From positions 1,649 to 65,648 of the forward strand of contig JACZJU010000048.1 of NCBI GenBank assembly GCA_014860395.1: 64,000 nt of DNA. The letters are read 5' to 3'. Shown here piece by piece: positions 38,010-48,060 of the stretch. Under the pieces are notes generated by a model. It did not search any database, was not told the origin of the DNA, and saw only the letters and a list, made by a program, of their open reading frames with translations. Source of the stretch: Burkholderiales bacterium (GTDB lineage Bacteria; Pseudomonadota; Gammaproteobacteria; Burkholderiales; SG8-39). Position 1 is the first letter of the stretch. Every line of letters starts with the position of its first letter. The position numbers and the translations under genes were made by a program.

Positions 38010-38987
38010 CTAGCGCATCAGCTTGGCGCCAGACGGGTGGTTCGAGCCGTGAATCTGCGAATGGCAGTTCAGGCAACTACCCGCAAGCAGGAAGGCCTCC
38101 CCGCCGGCGCCGCCGCCCGGCAATCCGTCCGGAGTGCGCGCCACCGAAGGATGGCCCGCCACCGAATGGCATTGCTGGCACAAGAGCGGCGGCATCTTCT
38201 TCAACCTTGCCGGATTGACCGACCCGTGCGGGTGGTGGCACAAGGTGCAGTCCTCGGCCACCGGCGCATGCTCCCACAGGAACGGTCCGCGCTTTTCTGC
38301 GTGGCAGGTGTAGCAGGTCTGATTCACCGTCGGCTTGATCAGCATGCCGCTGCTGGTCGACCCATGCGGGCTGTGGCAGTCGCTGCACGCCATCTTGCCG
38401 AAGCGCACCGGGTGCGTGGACGGCTTGGAGAAGTCCGCGCGCTCCTTCCTGTGGCACTTGTAGCAAACCTCCGGCTGCGTGGCCGTCGCCAGAACCGGGT
38501 CGCGTTCGGCATGGATTTTGTGGCAATCGCTGCACGCCACATTGTTGGCATCGTGCGTGCTCGCATGCCAGCCGATGCGCGCATTGTTCTCGTGACACGC
38601 CAGGCAGAACTTGTTGCGCTGCTGCGGGGTCAGGAACGAGCTGGACTTGAAGCTGTTGATGCCGTCCGGGCCGCCGCCGTTGTCGGCGTGCTTTTTTCCG
38701 GGACCGTGGCAGGCCTCGCATTGCAGGTTTCCCGGCGCAAAGGGCGCGCGCTTGTCCGCGCGGTTGGCGTGCTTGGTCTTGAAAATCGCGAACACTGGAT
38801 AGCCGCCGCCTTCGACGTGGCACATCAGGCAGGTGTCCGCGCCTGTTTCGGTGTATTCCGTTCCCAGGCTGGGCGGGGGCGGCGGCGGCTCGGCAGCCTT
38901 GGCAGGTTCCGCGTCGGCTGCGGCAGCGCTGAACGAAACGCCCGACAACAGAAGCAGCGCGGCGAATAATGTTTTCTTGATAGTCAT
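38010..38987 (-). CDS. mtrA: Periplasmic decaheme cytochrome c, MtrA/DmsE family
   Basis: 10 CxxCH motifs; GPFLWEHAPV and C-terminal HGSNHPSG. Confidence 0.94.
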   Translation of the reverse strand: MTIKKTLFAALLLLSGVSFSAAAADAEPAKAAEPPPPPPSLGTEYTETGADTCLMCHVEGGGYPVFAIFKTKHANRADKRAPFAPGNLQCEACHGPGKKHADNGGGPDGINSFKSSSFLTPQQRNKFCLACHENNARIGWHASTHDANNVACSDCHKIHAERDPVLATATQPEVCYKCHRKERADFSKPSTHPVRFGKMACSDCHSPHGSTSSGMLIKPTVNQTCYTCHAEKRGPFLWEHAPVAEDCTLCHHPHGSVNPARLKKMPPLLCQQCHSVAGHPSVARTPDGLPGGGAGGEAFLLAGSCLNCHSQIHGSNHPSGAKLMR

Positions 38988-39052
38988 CGTTGTCTGTCCG
39001 TTAGCCATGGTTCTTGTTGATCCCTGATACCCGCGCGCATCAGCCCTGGCGC

Positions 39053-41419
39053 TTACTTCACGCCGTGCACCGTCTTGACATCCAGCACCTTGCCGGCCCC
39101 GTGGCAGAAAGCGCAAGCCTCCGGCACGGCTGCCGCGATTGCCGCCTGCGTCACAGAGAATTTCCCGGCGGGAAAGGTATCCTGCATATGCAGCTTCACC
39201 GATGCGCTGTCGTGGCAGGACGAGCACACCGCCGCGGTCGGCGAGATTCTGAGGTTGTCCGCGGGATCGGTCGCCGAGGCGCCGGTTCCGATCGTGGTCC
39301 CGAGAATGCCGTTGGCTGTCGGCGCGCTCCAAGTCCCCGTCAGCTGGTAGGAGGTGCCGGCATGGCAGGCCGAGCAGTCATTCAATTTTCCGGGGAAAAC
39401 CACGGCGCTGAAATCGTTCACGCTGCCGCCGAAGCCATACACCGTGATCCCGGTCGTGCGGAATCCGCCCTTGTCCGCCTGTCCCGCATGGATGGCATGG
39501 ATCATCGTCTTGAAGTCGATCGATTCTTCCAGCTTGCCGTCGGCGCCGCCGGTGAGCGCGCCGGGAGCACCCGGACGCCGGCTCGCATCGGTCGCGTCCG
39601 GATTGTGGCAAACCACGCAGACACCGGGTTCGTCGGTGCGGTTGTTGCCGTGCAAGCTCAGCACGTCATGGCAGACGTTGCACTTGGCCACGTCGACCAC
39701 CGTCCGTCTCGCAACGACGGTGCCGGTAATCGCGGCATCCTTGAACGCGCTCTTGACCTTCAGCCGGTCGGTAAACGTCCCCGCGGTGGTGACGTCTCCG
39801 GCGGGATGCCCATCGATCGTGACCCGCAGCGTGCCCGTTTGGGCGGTAGGGATGGCGACCGTCGAAGTGACGGTGTAAGTGCCGTCCCCGACCGCCACCG
39901 AATTCGCCAGGGCGTCGATGCTGACCGGCTGGCCGAAGCTTGCGCCGCTGCCCTCATTGCCTAAATCGAGCTTCCCGTTTTCGTTCCAGCCGATGCTGAC
40001 GGCCAGCCTGCTGCTGCCGTCCGCCGTTTGCGTGAAGTGCGGGTCGGTCTTGATGTCGTAGGGTGCATCCGCGTTGGTCGGGTCGGTGACGGAGAAGGTA
40101 ACGACCGGCTTCGCCCCCGCCGTCGTGGGCGTGACGCTGAGGACGCTGTACTTGAACTTGGCGGAGGCCGCTTTGAACCTTTCCGGGAAGTTGTGCGCGA
40201 GGGCAATATCCTTATTGTCAGGAAACTTCCCTGCCGCATGGCACACCACGCAGGCGCTGCTGTCGGTCATGACGCCGCCCGAATGCGGCTTCGTCTGATA
40301 CGGCTTGGCCGGATCGGAGCTTGCGCCGAAATACACGTCGTCGTGGCAGGCGCCGCAGGCATCCATGTTCGGCTGGGTCTTCCAGTTGTCGCCCTGGGCG
40401 GTGGCGTTCGACGCGCCCGGCGTGCCGTCGTGGCACTTGCTGCAGTTGCGCACATCCTGCGGGAAGGCAGCATTGGAAAAATCGGTGCCGTTGACCACGT
40501 AGGGCGTGCCCGCAAGCACGCTGGGCAACGCGGCGCCGTCATGAATCTTGTGGATCATCACCTTGAAATCCACAGTCGTGTTGGGCGTCCCGGCGACCCA
40601 GGACCCCGGGTTGTGGCAGGTGACGCATAACTTGGTGTCGACGCGCGTGCCATGCGCCTCGAGTTCGTTGTGGCAGGCGTTGCACTTGGCCGTGGCGACG
40701 ATATCGCGTTTGCTTGCGACCGCGCCGCCCCCCGGCACAAAATCATACACGCCGGCTGCCTTGGGATACGCGTTGTTGCCCTGCTGAATCGTGACGCGAT
40801 GGGTCAAGCCGGGCTGATAGCTGATATCGAGCGCTTTGCCGTTTGCGTCGGTACACGGCGCCGGGCAGGAATTCGCGGCGGGATTCGTGATGTCGGTGGC
40901 AAACGTATAGGTGTAGCTGCCGTCGCCGTGATTCGACAGCGAGCCGAAAGCGTAGCCGGTAGCCGAGCGCTCCTGGCTACCCTGCACCGCCCCGCTCCTG
41001 GCCCGGTTGATATAGTTCTGCCAGGCGCTGGGAGCGCCGTTCGACCCCGGCGAGAGCTTGGCGATGTTGAAGCGCAGGTCCGCGGCAACAAGGCCCGACA
41101 TGCCGGCGCCGGCCTGGTTGGTGACGGTGAAGTTCACCACCGGCGGGCTGTTGATGGTCACCGACGTGATGTTCACGTTCAGCGCGCTGGAGGCGGCCAG
41201 TGCTGCCGCACCAGCGGCAAGTCCGTCCGTCGCTCCGCCCGTTCCCGCGCCAGCCGAACCGCCACTGGATCCGCCACCGCAACCGGCCAATGCCAACACC
41301 AGCATGCCGGCCGCCAAACCCTGAATGAAGTTCCCGGTTCTCCGGATGGACCAGACCTTCGGCCTCCCACCTTGAAGTGCAAGGCCGGTCCAGCGAAACG
41401 ACAATCGATGCTCGGTCAT
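39053..41419 (-). CDS. mtrC: OmcA/MtrC family decaheme lipoprotein (paralog 1)
   Basis: Lipobox LAGC; 10 CxxCH in a 5+5 layout; MIHKIH and MIHAIH; directly upstream of mtrA. Confidence 0.88.
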   Translation of the reverse strand: MTEHRLSFRWTGLALQGGRPKVWSIRRTGNFIQGLAAGMLVLALAGCGGGSSGGSAGAGTGGATDGLAAGAAALAASSALNVNITSVTINSPPVVNFTVTNQAGAGMSGLVAADLRFNIAKLSPGSNGAPSAWQNYINRARSGAVQGSQERSATGYAFGSLSNHGDGSYTYTFATDITNPAANSCPAPCTDANGKALDISYQPGLTHRVTIQQGNNAYPKAAGVYDFVPGGGAVASKRDIVATAKCNACHNELEAHGTRVDTKLCVTCHNPGSWVAGTPNTTVDFKVMIHKIHDGAALPSVLAGTPYVVNGTDFSNAAFPQDVRNCSKCHDGTPGASNATAQGDNWKTQPNMDACGACHDDVYFGASSDPAKPYQTKPHSGGVMTDSSACVVCHAAGKFPDNKDIALAHNFPERFKAASAKFKYSVLSVTPTTAGAKPVVTFSVTDPTNADAPYDIKTDPHFTQTADGSSRLAVSIGWNENGKLDLGNEGSGASFGQPVSIDALANSVAVGDGTYTVTSTVAIPTAQTGTLRVTIDGHPAGDVTTAGTFTDRLKVKSAFKDAAITGTVVARRTVVDVAKCNVCHDVLSLHGNNRTDEPGVCVVCHNPDATDASRRPGAPGALTGGADGKLEESIDFKTMIHAIHAGQADKGGFRTTGITVYGFGGSVNDFSAVVFPGKLNDCSACHAGTSYQLTGTWSAPTANGILGTTIGTGASATDPADNLRISPTAAVCSSCHDSASVKLHMQDTFPAGKFSVTQAAIAAAVPEACAFCHGAGKVLDVKTVHGVK

Positions 41420-41583
41420 GATTACCCTTTGTTGGAGGACACATCGCTCCTCCGCTCGAACAACCCCGAAAAAGCACGGAGCGTTACGAAATTCACAGCG
41501 GCTACGCGACGTTGAAACCCGTTCCGAATCCTAATTCAGATCGGTTCATGTTGCAAATGCAAACCACCGTGTTTCCAGCCTTG

Positions 41584-41997
41584 TCATCGACTGGCGCCCG
41601 CCTTTTTCAGCTTCTCCAGTTTGGCCGCGCTGGCCGCATTCTGCTTCGCGATCACGCGTGATTTGAGCGCGTCGTAGCTCCCCGGCGACACGATGTTTTC
41701 AGTCAGCAGATCGGCCTTGCTGAGGTAAGGCCGGCCGGCGATGATCTTGTCGGCGTCCGCGTCCTTGATGCCCGGCAGCTTCTTCAGTTCTGCCTTGCCG
41801 GCGCTGTTGATATCGACGGGCTTGGCCCGTGCTTTGGCTTTGTTTGCCTTGGCGGCTTTGTCGTTGGACGCTTTGCCTTTGCTGATTGCTTTCGTTTCTG
41901 CGCCCGGTCCGGTCGTACTATCGGCTGCAAAGGAGGGGCTGGCGCACAGCAGCAGTGCTGCGGCTATGAATGCGGATGAGATGATGCTGCGTTGCAT
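41584..41997 (-). CDS. Exported helix-hairpin-helix (ComEA-like) protein
   Basis: Signal peptide; VDINSA..EL..LPGI..ADKIIAGRPY motif. Confidence 0.85.
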   Translation of the reverse strand: MQRSIISSAFIAAALLLCASPSFAADSTTGPGAETKAISKGKASNDKAAKANKAKARAKPVDINSAGKAELKKLPGIKDADADKIIAGRPYLSKADLLTENIVSPGSYDALKSRVIAKQNAASAAKLEKLKKAGASR

Positions 41998-42079
41998 AAA
42001 GAATCTCCGGGAATTGATTAGATGACAATCCTGTAGCAAACATGACCGGCGTGCCCGATATTCCGGACGCGCATAACAT

Positions 42080-42115
42080 GAAAAAAAGACCCGGAAGCGT
42101 TGCCGCCTCCGGGTC
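42080..42115 (-). terminator. Intrinsic terminator after MtrC paralog 2
   Basis: GACCCGGAGGCG-GCAA-CGCTTCCGGGTC-TTTTTTT on the minus strand. Confidence 0.75.
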
Positions 42116-42188
42116 ATCTTTTGCTTCAGTTGCCGGTGCTCGGAAAACCGTGCCCCGGCTTGCTTACCGTGACCAAACCTCGGTCACG

Positions 42189-44621
42189 CTATTTCGCGTG
42201 CTGGACCTTGATATCCACCAGCTTGCCGGAACCATGGCAGAACAGGCAGTTCTCAGTCTTCAACATCGCCGTCGAGCGAGCCTCGTAAATCGAACCGCCG
42301 CCGTCCTGGCTCATGTGCGTCTGCGCGGTGCTGCTGTCGTGGCAGGAGAAGCATGCCGCCGCGATCGGCGAGTTCACCAGGTTCGTGGCCGCAGCCGGCG
42401 TGGTAGGCGTCCAGCTGGCCCCATAGGCGGTACCCGCTGTCTGCGCGATGTACGGCGATGTGTCGAAGGTCGCAGTCACAGTCGTGCCCTCGGCCACAGT
42501 CCTGTACAAGCGATTGGGCACCGCAGCCGCATTGTCGGTCCCGCTGAAGTCATACGAGCCAGCCACGTGACAGGTTTCGCAGTTCTTCAAGATCCCCGGG
42601 TATGCAACCATGGAGTAGTTGTAAGCCGCAGACGACGCAGTCCAAGTGAACGGCACGGTGCGCTTGCTCGCGCCGTGGATGCCGTGAATGAACGCGCTCG
42701 AATCCCAGGACCAACCGCTGTTCGTGCCGGCATTGGGGTTGTGGCAGAACGCACAAATTGTTGCGTCGTTCCTGGCACCGCCGTGGAAGTTCGGGTCGAC
42801 CCCAAGCTGATCGTGGCACTTGCTGCACTTGGCGGTTTCCACGATAGCGCGACGGCCCGTATAGCCGGTCGCCACCTTGGTGACTATCGGCGTCGAAAGG
42901 CCCAGGCCAGCCGGATACGCAGCCAGGTTCATCTGCGTGAAAGAGTAACCCACGAACGCCGTGACCATCGACGCGTTGTCAGGAATCGTTGTCGTATGGG
43001 TCACAGAGTAATAGCCGTCAGCGTCAGGGCCAGTCAATCCGCCCGTTCTCCAAGGACCAGTGGTCGAATTCAAAGTCACACCGCTGGCGCTACCACCGGC
43101 GTTGTTGAAGTCGGCGGGAGCGGTGATGCCGTCCTGCGGCTGTGAATAGGCCAGGTAGATGCGCGGGCCGTCATTGAAGTCGGTGATCATCTGGGTCGCG
43201 CCCGTCGTGAACGGGTTAAGCGTCACCACAGCCCCGTCTTTCAGGATTCTGAACACGACAGTGGCTTTCTTCGCTCCGGAAGCACCGGCCACCGTGACAT
43301 CTTTGATTTCATAGCTGAACTTGGCTGCGCCCGCGGGCAGGTTGCTCTGTGACGTTTCGCCGCTTGCGACCGCGACGTGAACGGTTGGGATATTCGTCGC
43401 GGTGTGGCAGATATGGCAGGCGCTGTCATCCGTCTGAATGCCGCCTACGTGGCCGTAGGTCGACTCCGTGATGCCACCGGCTTCCGCATCGGCGATGGTC
43501 AGGCCTTTGCCGGTAGCAAAATTAATGCCGGCATGGCAGGAGCCGCAAGCGGCGCGGCTGGGAACGCTCTTCCAGTTGTCGGCCTGCGCTGCCTTGGTGT
43601 TGTCGTGGCACTTGGTGCAATTGGCAAGCGACTGCGGGAAACCGACTTCGGCGTAGTCGTTCTCGCCATCTCGGTAGCCCCAGATGGTGTAGTCCGTGCC
43701 GAACCATGATTTCAGGTGTTCTCCGGCATGGATCTTGTGCACCATGATGCGGAAGTCGAGGACGTTGCCGCTGTTCGCGTCGGTGGTGCCGGCGTTGTGG
43801 CACAGCACGCAGTACTGCGTATCGATGCGCCCGCCGCCGTGCAGCGCCAGTTTCTCGTGGCACTCGTTGCAGGACGTGATGTCGACCACCTTGTGGTCCA
43901 GGCTGGTGTCGGTGACCGCCACGGCTTTGCCGTCGGTGCCGATGGTGAAGTCGAAATAGGGATTGGCCAACACCGTGGCGCCAGCGGCGTTCGTATAGCT
44001 CAGCTGGATCGCGACGCGATGCGTTTTCGTCGGGTCATACCCCGTGGCCGCGGTGATGTCGGTGCTGAATGTGTACGTGTAGTAACCGGCGTCGTTATAG
44101 ACCAGAGAGCCCTCGGCCTCCGTGTCGGTCGTGGCCTGCGTGGCGGTTGCCAGAGCGGGCGTGCCGCCGGGGCCTACGCCAGCCGTGGCCGTTTCGGTGC
44201 GTGTGGTGTAGCTCACCCATTGGTCGGGAGTTCCGCTGGTCCCCTTGTCAAGCCTGGCGATGATGAAAGCCACGTTGCTCAAGGTCAGGTCTTTCTTTAC
44301 CGCGCCGTCGGAAATCACGGTGAAATTGACTTTGGGCGGGCTGTTGACGGTCACCGGCGCAATGCCGGCGTCCTGTACGACGGCGAATGCAGCGGTCGGT
44401 GTGGTTCCAGTGTCATTGGCGGCAACTGCAGCGGCCGCTGTGATTGCCGCAGCGGCAGTGGCGGGAGTACCGCCGCCAGTGGCAGGCGGCGGCGTCGTGG
44501 TGGTATCACTGCTGCTACTTCCGCCGCATCCGGCCAAGCCGAGCGCGAGCAAGCCCGCCGCGGCAAAATTGACCCAGCGATACGAAGTGCGGGTCTTACT
44601 TAACAGATTTGAGTACTTCAC
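42189..44621 (-). CDS. OmcA/MtrC family decaheme lipoprotein (paralog 2)
   Basis: Lipobox LAGC; 10 CxxCH (5+5); MVHKIH and FIHGIH; GTG start inferred. Confidence 0.88.
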   Translation of the reverse strand: MKYSNLLSKTRTSYRWVNFAAAGLLALGLAGCGGSSSSDTTTTPPPATGGGTPATAAAAITAAAAVAANDTGTTPTAAFAVVQDAGIAPVTVNSPPKVNFTVISDGAVKKDLTLSNVAFIIARLDKGTSGTPDQWVSYTTRTETATAGVGPGGTPALATATQATTDTEAEGSLVYNDAGYYTYTFSTDITAATGYDPTKTHRVAIQLSYTNAAGATVLANPYFDFTIGTDGKAVAVTDTSLDHKVVDITSCNECHEKLALHGGGRIDTQYCVLCHNAGTTDANSGNVLDFRIMVHKIHAGEHLKSWFGTDYTIWGYRDGENDYAEVGFPQSLANCTKCHDNTKAAQADNWKSVPSRAACGSCHAGINFATGKGLTIADAEAGGITESTYGHVGGIQTDDSACHICHTATNIPTVHVAVASGETSQSNLPAGAAKFSYEIKDVTVAGASGAKKATVVFRILKDGAVVTLNPFTTGATQMITDFNDGPRIYLAYSQPQDGITAPADFNNAGGSASGVTLNSTTGPWRTGGLTGPDADGYYSVTHTTTIPDNASMVTAFVGYSFTQMNLAAYPAGLGLSTPIVTKVATGYTGRRAIVETAKCSKCHDQLGVDPNFHGGARNDATICAFCHNPNAGTNSGWSWDSSAFIHGIHGASKRTVPFTWTASSAAYNYSMVAYPGILKNCETCHVAGSYDFSGTDNAAAVPNRLYRTVAEGTTVTATFDTSPYIAQTAGTAYGASWTPTTPAAATNLVNSPIAAACFSCHDSSTAQTHMSQDGGGSIYEARSTAMLKTENCLFCHGSGKLVDIKVQHAK

Positions 44622-44756
44622 TCTGGCCCCCTTTTCTTGCGAGTTAGCGTTATACGGCGATCGATCCAGATTCAGCGTGAATACGGGCCCCAACACTAAT
44701 GGCCTGCGCACTCATCCCGAAGTGTACGGAAATTACTCCCTTAAATAAAGGTCTAT

Positions 44757-44770
44757 TTGATCTAGATCAA
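44757..44770. promoter_or_regulatory. FNR/Anr box upstream of MtrC paralog 2
   Basis: Perfect TTGAT-CTAG-ATCAA; minus-strand TAATTT at 44735-44730 gives class II spacing. Confidence 0.85.
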
Positions 44771-44908
44771 AAGGAACCATTGAACCTTATTTCCGCCTCG
44801 CGATCCCCCGATCTTAGGATTACTCCTACGCATTGCGCGATCGAAGTTGCTGATGGCGCCCCTGCTGGAAACCGGCGCCGGACTGGCCACGGCATGCCGA
44901 GCCTGCAC

Positions 44909-44943
44909 GAAAAAAACCCGGAAGCGTCGCCGCTACCGGGTTG
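44909..44943 (-). terminator. Intrinsic terminator downstream of MtrC-like paralog 3
   Basis: AACCCGGTAGCG-GCGA-CGCTTCCGGGTTTTTTT on the minus strand. Confidence 0.7.
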
Positions 44944-45162
44944 TTAGGAGAAGCAGGGCGCCGCCAATGGCAACCTCCTTCAGGTTCGCCGATCATCTCT
45001 CCCTGGGCGACAGCCGCTTCCCGCCAAATACTCGTCTACACCAAATCTCTTACACCCCAAAAGAATAAGGCGAGCCGATCGGCTCGCCTTATCCCCAAGG
45101 AATCATGGGACCAAACTTCTGAAACAAGCGAGGCGGGCCTAGGGCCCGCCTCGCTCCTTTCC

Positions 45163-47631
45163 CTACTTGAAGACTGCCATCACCTTCGCAACCGTGGCAT
45201 CCCAAAGAGTATCTACGTTCTCCAGGAGATAACCATTCTGCTTCCAATGCTGGAACAGTGTTACCAGCCCACCCGCATCGTCAGCAATGATCTTGCTGCT
45301 ACGGTGGCACGCTCCGCACGCTGTTGCAGCAGGGCCGGTGACATACGAAGGTACGGTACCGATGTTCCTGGTCTTGCCCGTCAGCGAATCAGACGCCGAC
45401 AACAGACCCGGCAAGGACTTGGACTGGTCCGATACTCCATACATACCCGACACATGGCAGGATTCGCAGTCTGTCGTTCCCGCACCACCCGCGCCAAACC
45501 TCGGGAATTCGGTGCCGGTGTGATGCGTGTATTCCATCGCTTCGAACGTGTCGGCGAAATTGATGTCACCGATGTCGAAGTACTGGAACGTGTGGATCGC
45601 ATGCACATAGGAGTCGATCGAGCGCGACTGCATTTCCAGATGCGAGCCGCCAGAGGACTTCACGTGGCAGAGCCTGCAGACCTTGATGTTACCGCCCCTG
45701 TCTCCGGAATGGAAAGTGGTCGCAAGCTGGTCGTGGCAGGTGTTGCAGCCCTTGGTCGCCGCATAACCAGACGAGGTCGTTACGGCAGTCCCCGCCACGT
45801 TCACGATATCGCTGAAGTAGGTAACAAAAGCGTTCGTGGTCAGATCAAAGGTCTTGGAAGGCGCGTCGAGCCCAACGGTGTCGCCGTTGGCATCCTTCAG
45901 CGCAGGCATAACAGCGATCTCCGCGCGCTTGATCGTTTTGTCGGTAATCATGTCCGCCCACGCCGACAGGTCCGCCGTCACTTCCCAGCTGCCGCCCGCG
46001 GCCGAAACCGTCGTGAAACGCGGATTGGTAGCTCCAACGACATATTCCAGCAGCCTGTTGCCGTCGGCATCCCGACCGTGCGCCTGCACGATGAAGTCCT
46101 TCGTGTTGTAGCCATACAGGCCGACCATGACGGTAGGCGTGATGCTGCTTGCCGTAAGGCTTCCCACCGTACCGGTCGCGCTGAACTTGACGTCGAGCAC
46201 GTTGGTGGTGGCATCGAACGTTGCGCTGTCGATGGTTACCGGGAAGCTGGTGGAATACCTGACGCCAGCACTGGTATAGATCTTCGGATCATAGCCGCCG
46301 GTGTGTATCGTCTTGAACGAGGGAGCAGTCGCACCGTCATGACACAGGGTGCAATTCGCCGCAGTCAAAGTTGCCGCGTCCGTGACATAGCTGCTGTGGT
46401 TGTATGCAGCCGCTTTCATCTTGTCTGTTATGCCATTGAACGCGTGGCAGCTAATGCAGGTTTCTCCTCTGAAATTAGCAGACTTGAATATCCCCGTGGT
46501 TTCGTCCATCTTGCCTGCATGACAGGCTACGCAGTTTCTCATCGACTGCGGATAGGCGAATTCCATGGCGTGCGACATATGCACGTCGTTCATCAGCCTG
46601 GCTTTATAGCCATATTTGGTGTCTTCCGCGGCCGTAGTGGCGCCGCCATCGTTTACCGCGACAGCGCGATCGCGCAGAGCCTGGCCCGCGGCGGTCGTCG
46701 GATCGGCGTCTTTTGCTTCCTTCAAGAGCTGCCAGAATTCATGGCCGCCGGTACGGGCGTCAGAGTGACAGCCTTTGCAGACATAGAACTGCTGCGTGGT
46801 GTTCGCGGCAGCGCCCGGCGTCAGGTCGTTGACCGTGCCGTAGATGTAGGCATGCTTGAGGTAAGGTTGGGTGTGGCAGCTTTCGCAGCCCGAGACATTC
46901 GCGGCGGAGGTGTAAGGCGCCGTCGCAGCACCCATTTGCGGGCCTAGTCTGAGGACGGCCGCAAACGGGTACTTGCCTTTGTTCATGTGTTTCGCGGAGA
47001 TCGTTTCGACTATCTCGTCCACGCCATACAGCTGGATGATGCCATTCGCGGTAGCGATGCTGGCGTTTGCGGCTATGTCTGCCGCGGCGGTAAACGTCTT
47101 TTTCATCGTGCAGACGCCGGCCCCGACATAGGTCTTGGTACCTGCCAAACTCAGATAGCTGGGTTCCACTGCCGCTTGAAACCTGCTTGCAGTAGCGTCA
47201 TAAGCTGCCCAGTAGCTCCCGAGCGAGTCGGCTGCGGTGCAATCGAATGCTGCGCCACTCTTGGTCATGGTGAATGTCAGCGTGCTCGTGTCATTTGCCG
47301 TCGTGGTCGTGCTTACGGCGTACGACAAAGCCGTGACTTTGATGACGCCGTTTTGATAGAGCTCATTATAGCTTTCCTGGTGTCCCGGGCCTGAACGGGC
47401 GGTCGCCGCGGCCAAGGTGCCGGTATGGCACAGCGCGCAAGTCTCACCACCCGTTGCGGCGGCCAGCGCTACAGCTTCTGCCGTAGGCGGCGTCACAATA
47501 GCGGTAGACGCGGCTGGAACAGCAGGCGTGCCACTGTCGCTGCTACTGCTGCTTCCGCCGCAAGCGCCCAGCGTGCCGAGCATCAGCGCGGCAGCGCCCC
47601 ATCTAAACAATGTGGGTATCGTCATTTTCAT
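45163..47631 (-). CDS. Divergent MtrC/OmcA-like multiheme lipoprotein (paralog 3; 10 CxxCH, 1+5+4 layout)
   Basis: Lipobox LGAC; CALCH near the N-terminus, then 5 and 4 CxxCH; VHMSH and YVHAIH. Confidence 0.82.
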   Translation of the reverse strand: MKMTIPTLFRWGAAALMLGTLGACGGSSSSSDSGTPAVPAASTAIVTPPTAEAVALAAATGGETCALCHTGTLAAATARSGPGHQESYNELYQNGVIKVTALSYAVSTTTTANDTSTLTFTMTKSGAAFDCTAADSLGSYWAAYDATASRFQAAVEPSYLSLAGTKTYVGAGVCTMKKTFTAAADIAANASIATANGIIQLYGVDEIVETISAKHMNKGKYPFAAVLRLGPQMGAATAPYTSAANVSGCESCHTQPYLKHAYIYGTVNDLTPGAAANTTQQFYVCKGCHSDARTGGHEFWQLLKEAKDADPTTAAGQALRDRAVAVNDGGATTAAEDTKYGYKARLMNDVHMSHAMEFAYPQSMRNCVACHAGKMDETTGIFKSANFRGETCISCHAFNGITDKMKAAAYNHSSYVTDAATLTAANCTLCHDGATAPSFKTIHTGGYDPKIYTSAGVRYSTSFPVTIDSATFDATTNVLDVKFSATGTVGSLTASSITPTVMVGLYGYNTKDFIVQAHGRDADGNRLLEYVVGATNPRFTTVSAAGGSWEVTADLSAWADMITDKTIKRAEIAVMPALKDANGDTVGLDAPSKTFDLTTNAFVTYFSDIVNVAGTAVTTSSGYAATKGCNTCHDQLATTFHSGDRGGNIKVCRLCHVKSSGGSHLEMQSRSIDSYVHAIHTFQYFDIGDINFADTFEAMEYTHHTGTEFPRFGAGGAGTTDCESCHVSGMYGVSDQSKSLPGLLSASDSLTGKTRNIGTVPSYVTGPAATACGACHRSSKIIADDAGGLVTLFQHWKQNGYLLENVDTLWDATVAKVMAVFK

Positions 47632-47829
47632 ATATTGCTCCCCAGTTTTGAAAACCACCAACACGACTTCGAAATAAACCATGCGACCGGCAATGTTCCT
47701 CGTTATTTCCCTTTTTGCCTTGCCATTCAGTCGGTCTTGACGTCACGCCCGCGCCTGCCTATCTGCGCCTGAATACCGCTGGACGGACAACTTCCTTTCC
47801 GAAGGGTACCTATCGCAGCCAATAGCTTT

Positions 47830-47843
47830 TTGATCTATATCAA
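47830..47843. promoter_or_regulatory. FNR/Anr box upstream of paralog 3
   Basis: Perfect TTGAT-CTAT-ATCAA; minus-strand TACCCT at 47808-47803 at the same spacing as the 44757 box. Confidence 0.85.
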
Positions 47844-48060
47844 AGCCCCATTGATTCGCGTGGAACCATAGTCTTGCCAAATGGTCGCATATGCAATGTA
47901 TGTTGTCCATGCCTGCGCGCGCGCCGGCACCGGCCATAGTGCATCGAAGGCGTTGCACATGGACCGGCCCAGTCTGCCGTTGAGCTGGTCCCCGGTCCGG
48001 AAATAGCGGGATCTGAATCCTCAAGCTGCTGCCCACCACCGAGAAATGGAGCCCGCCGGT

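Noticed and set aside
41420-41583. Possible c-di-GMP riboswitch upstream of MtrC paralog 1
   Set aside because: I could not find the GEMM two-stem pattern with a GNRA tetraloop and receptor.
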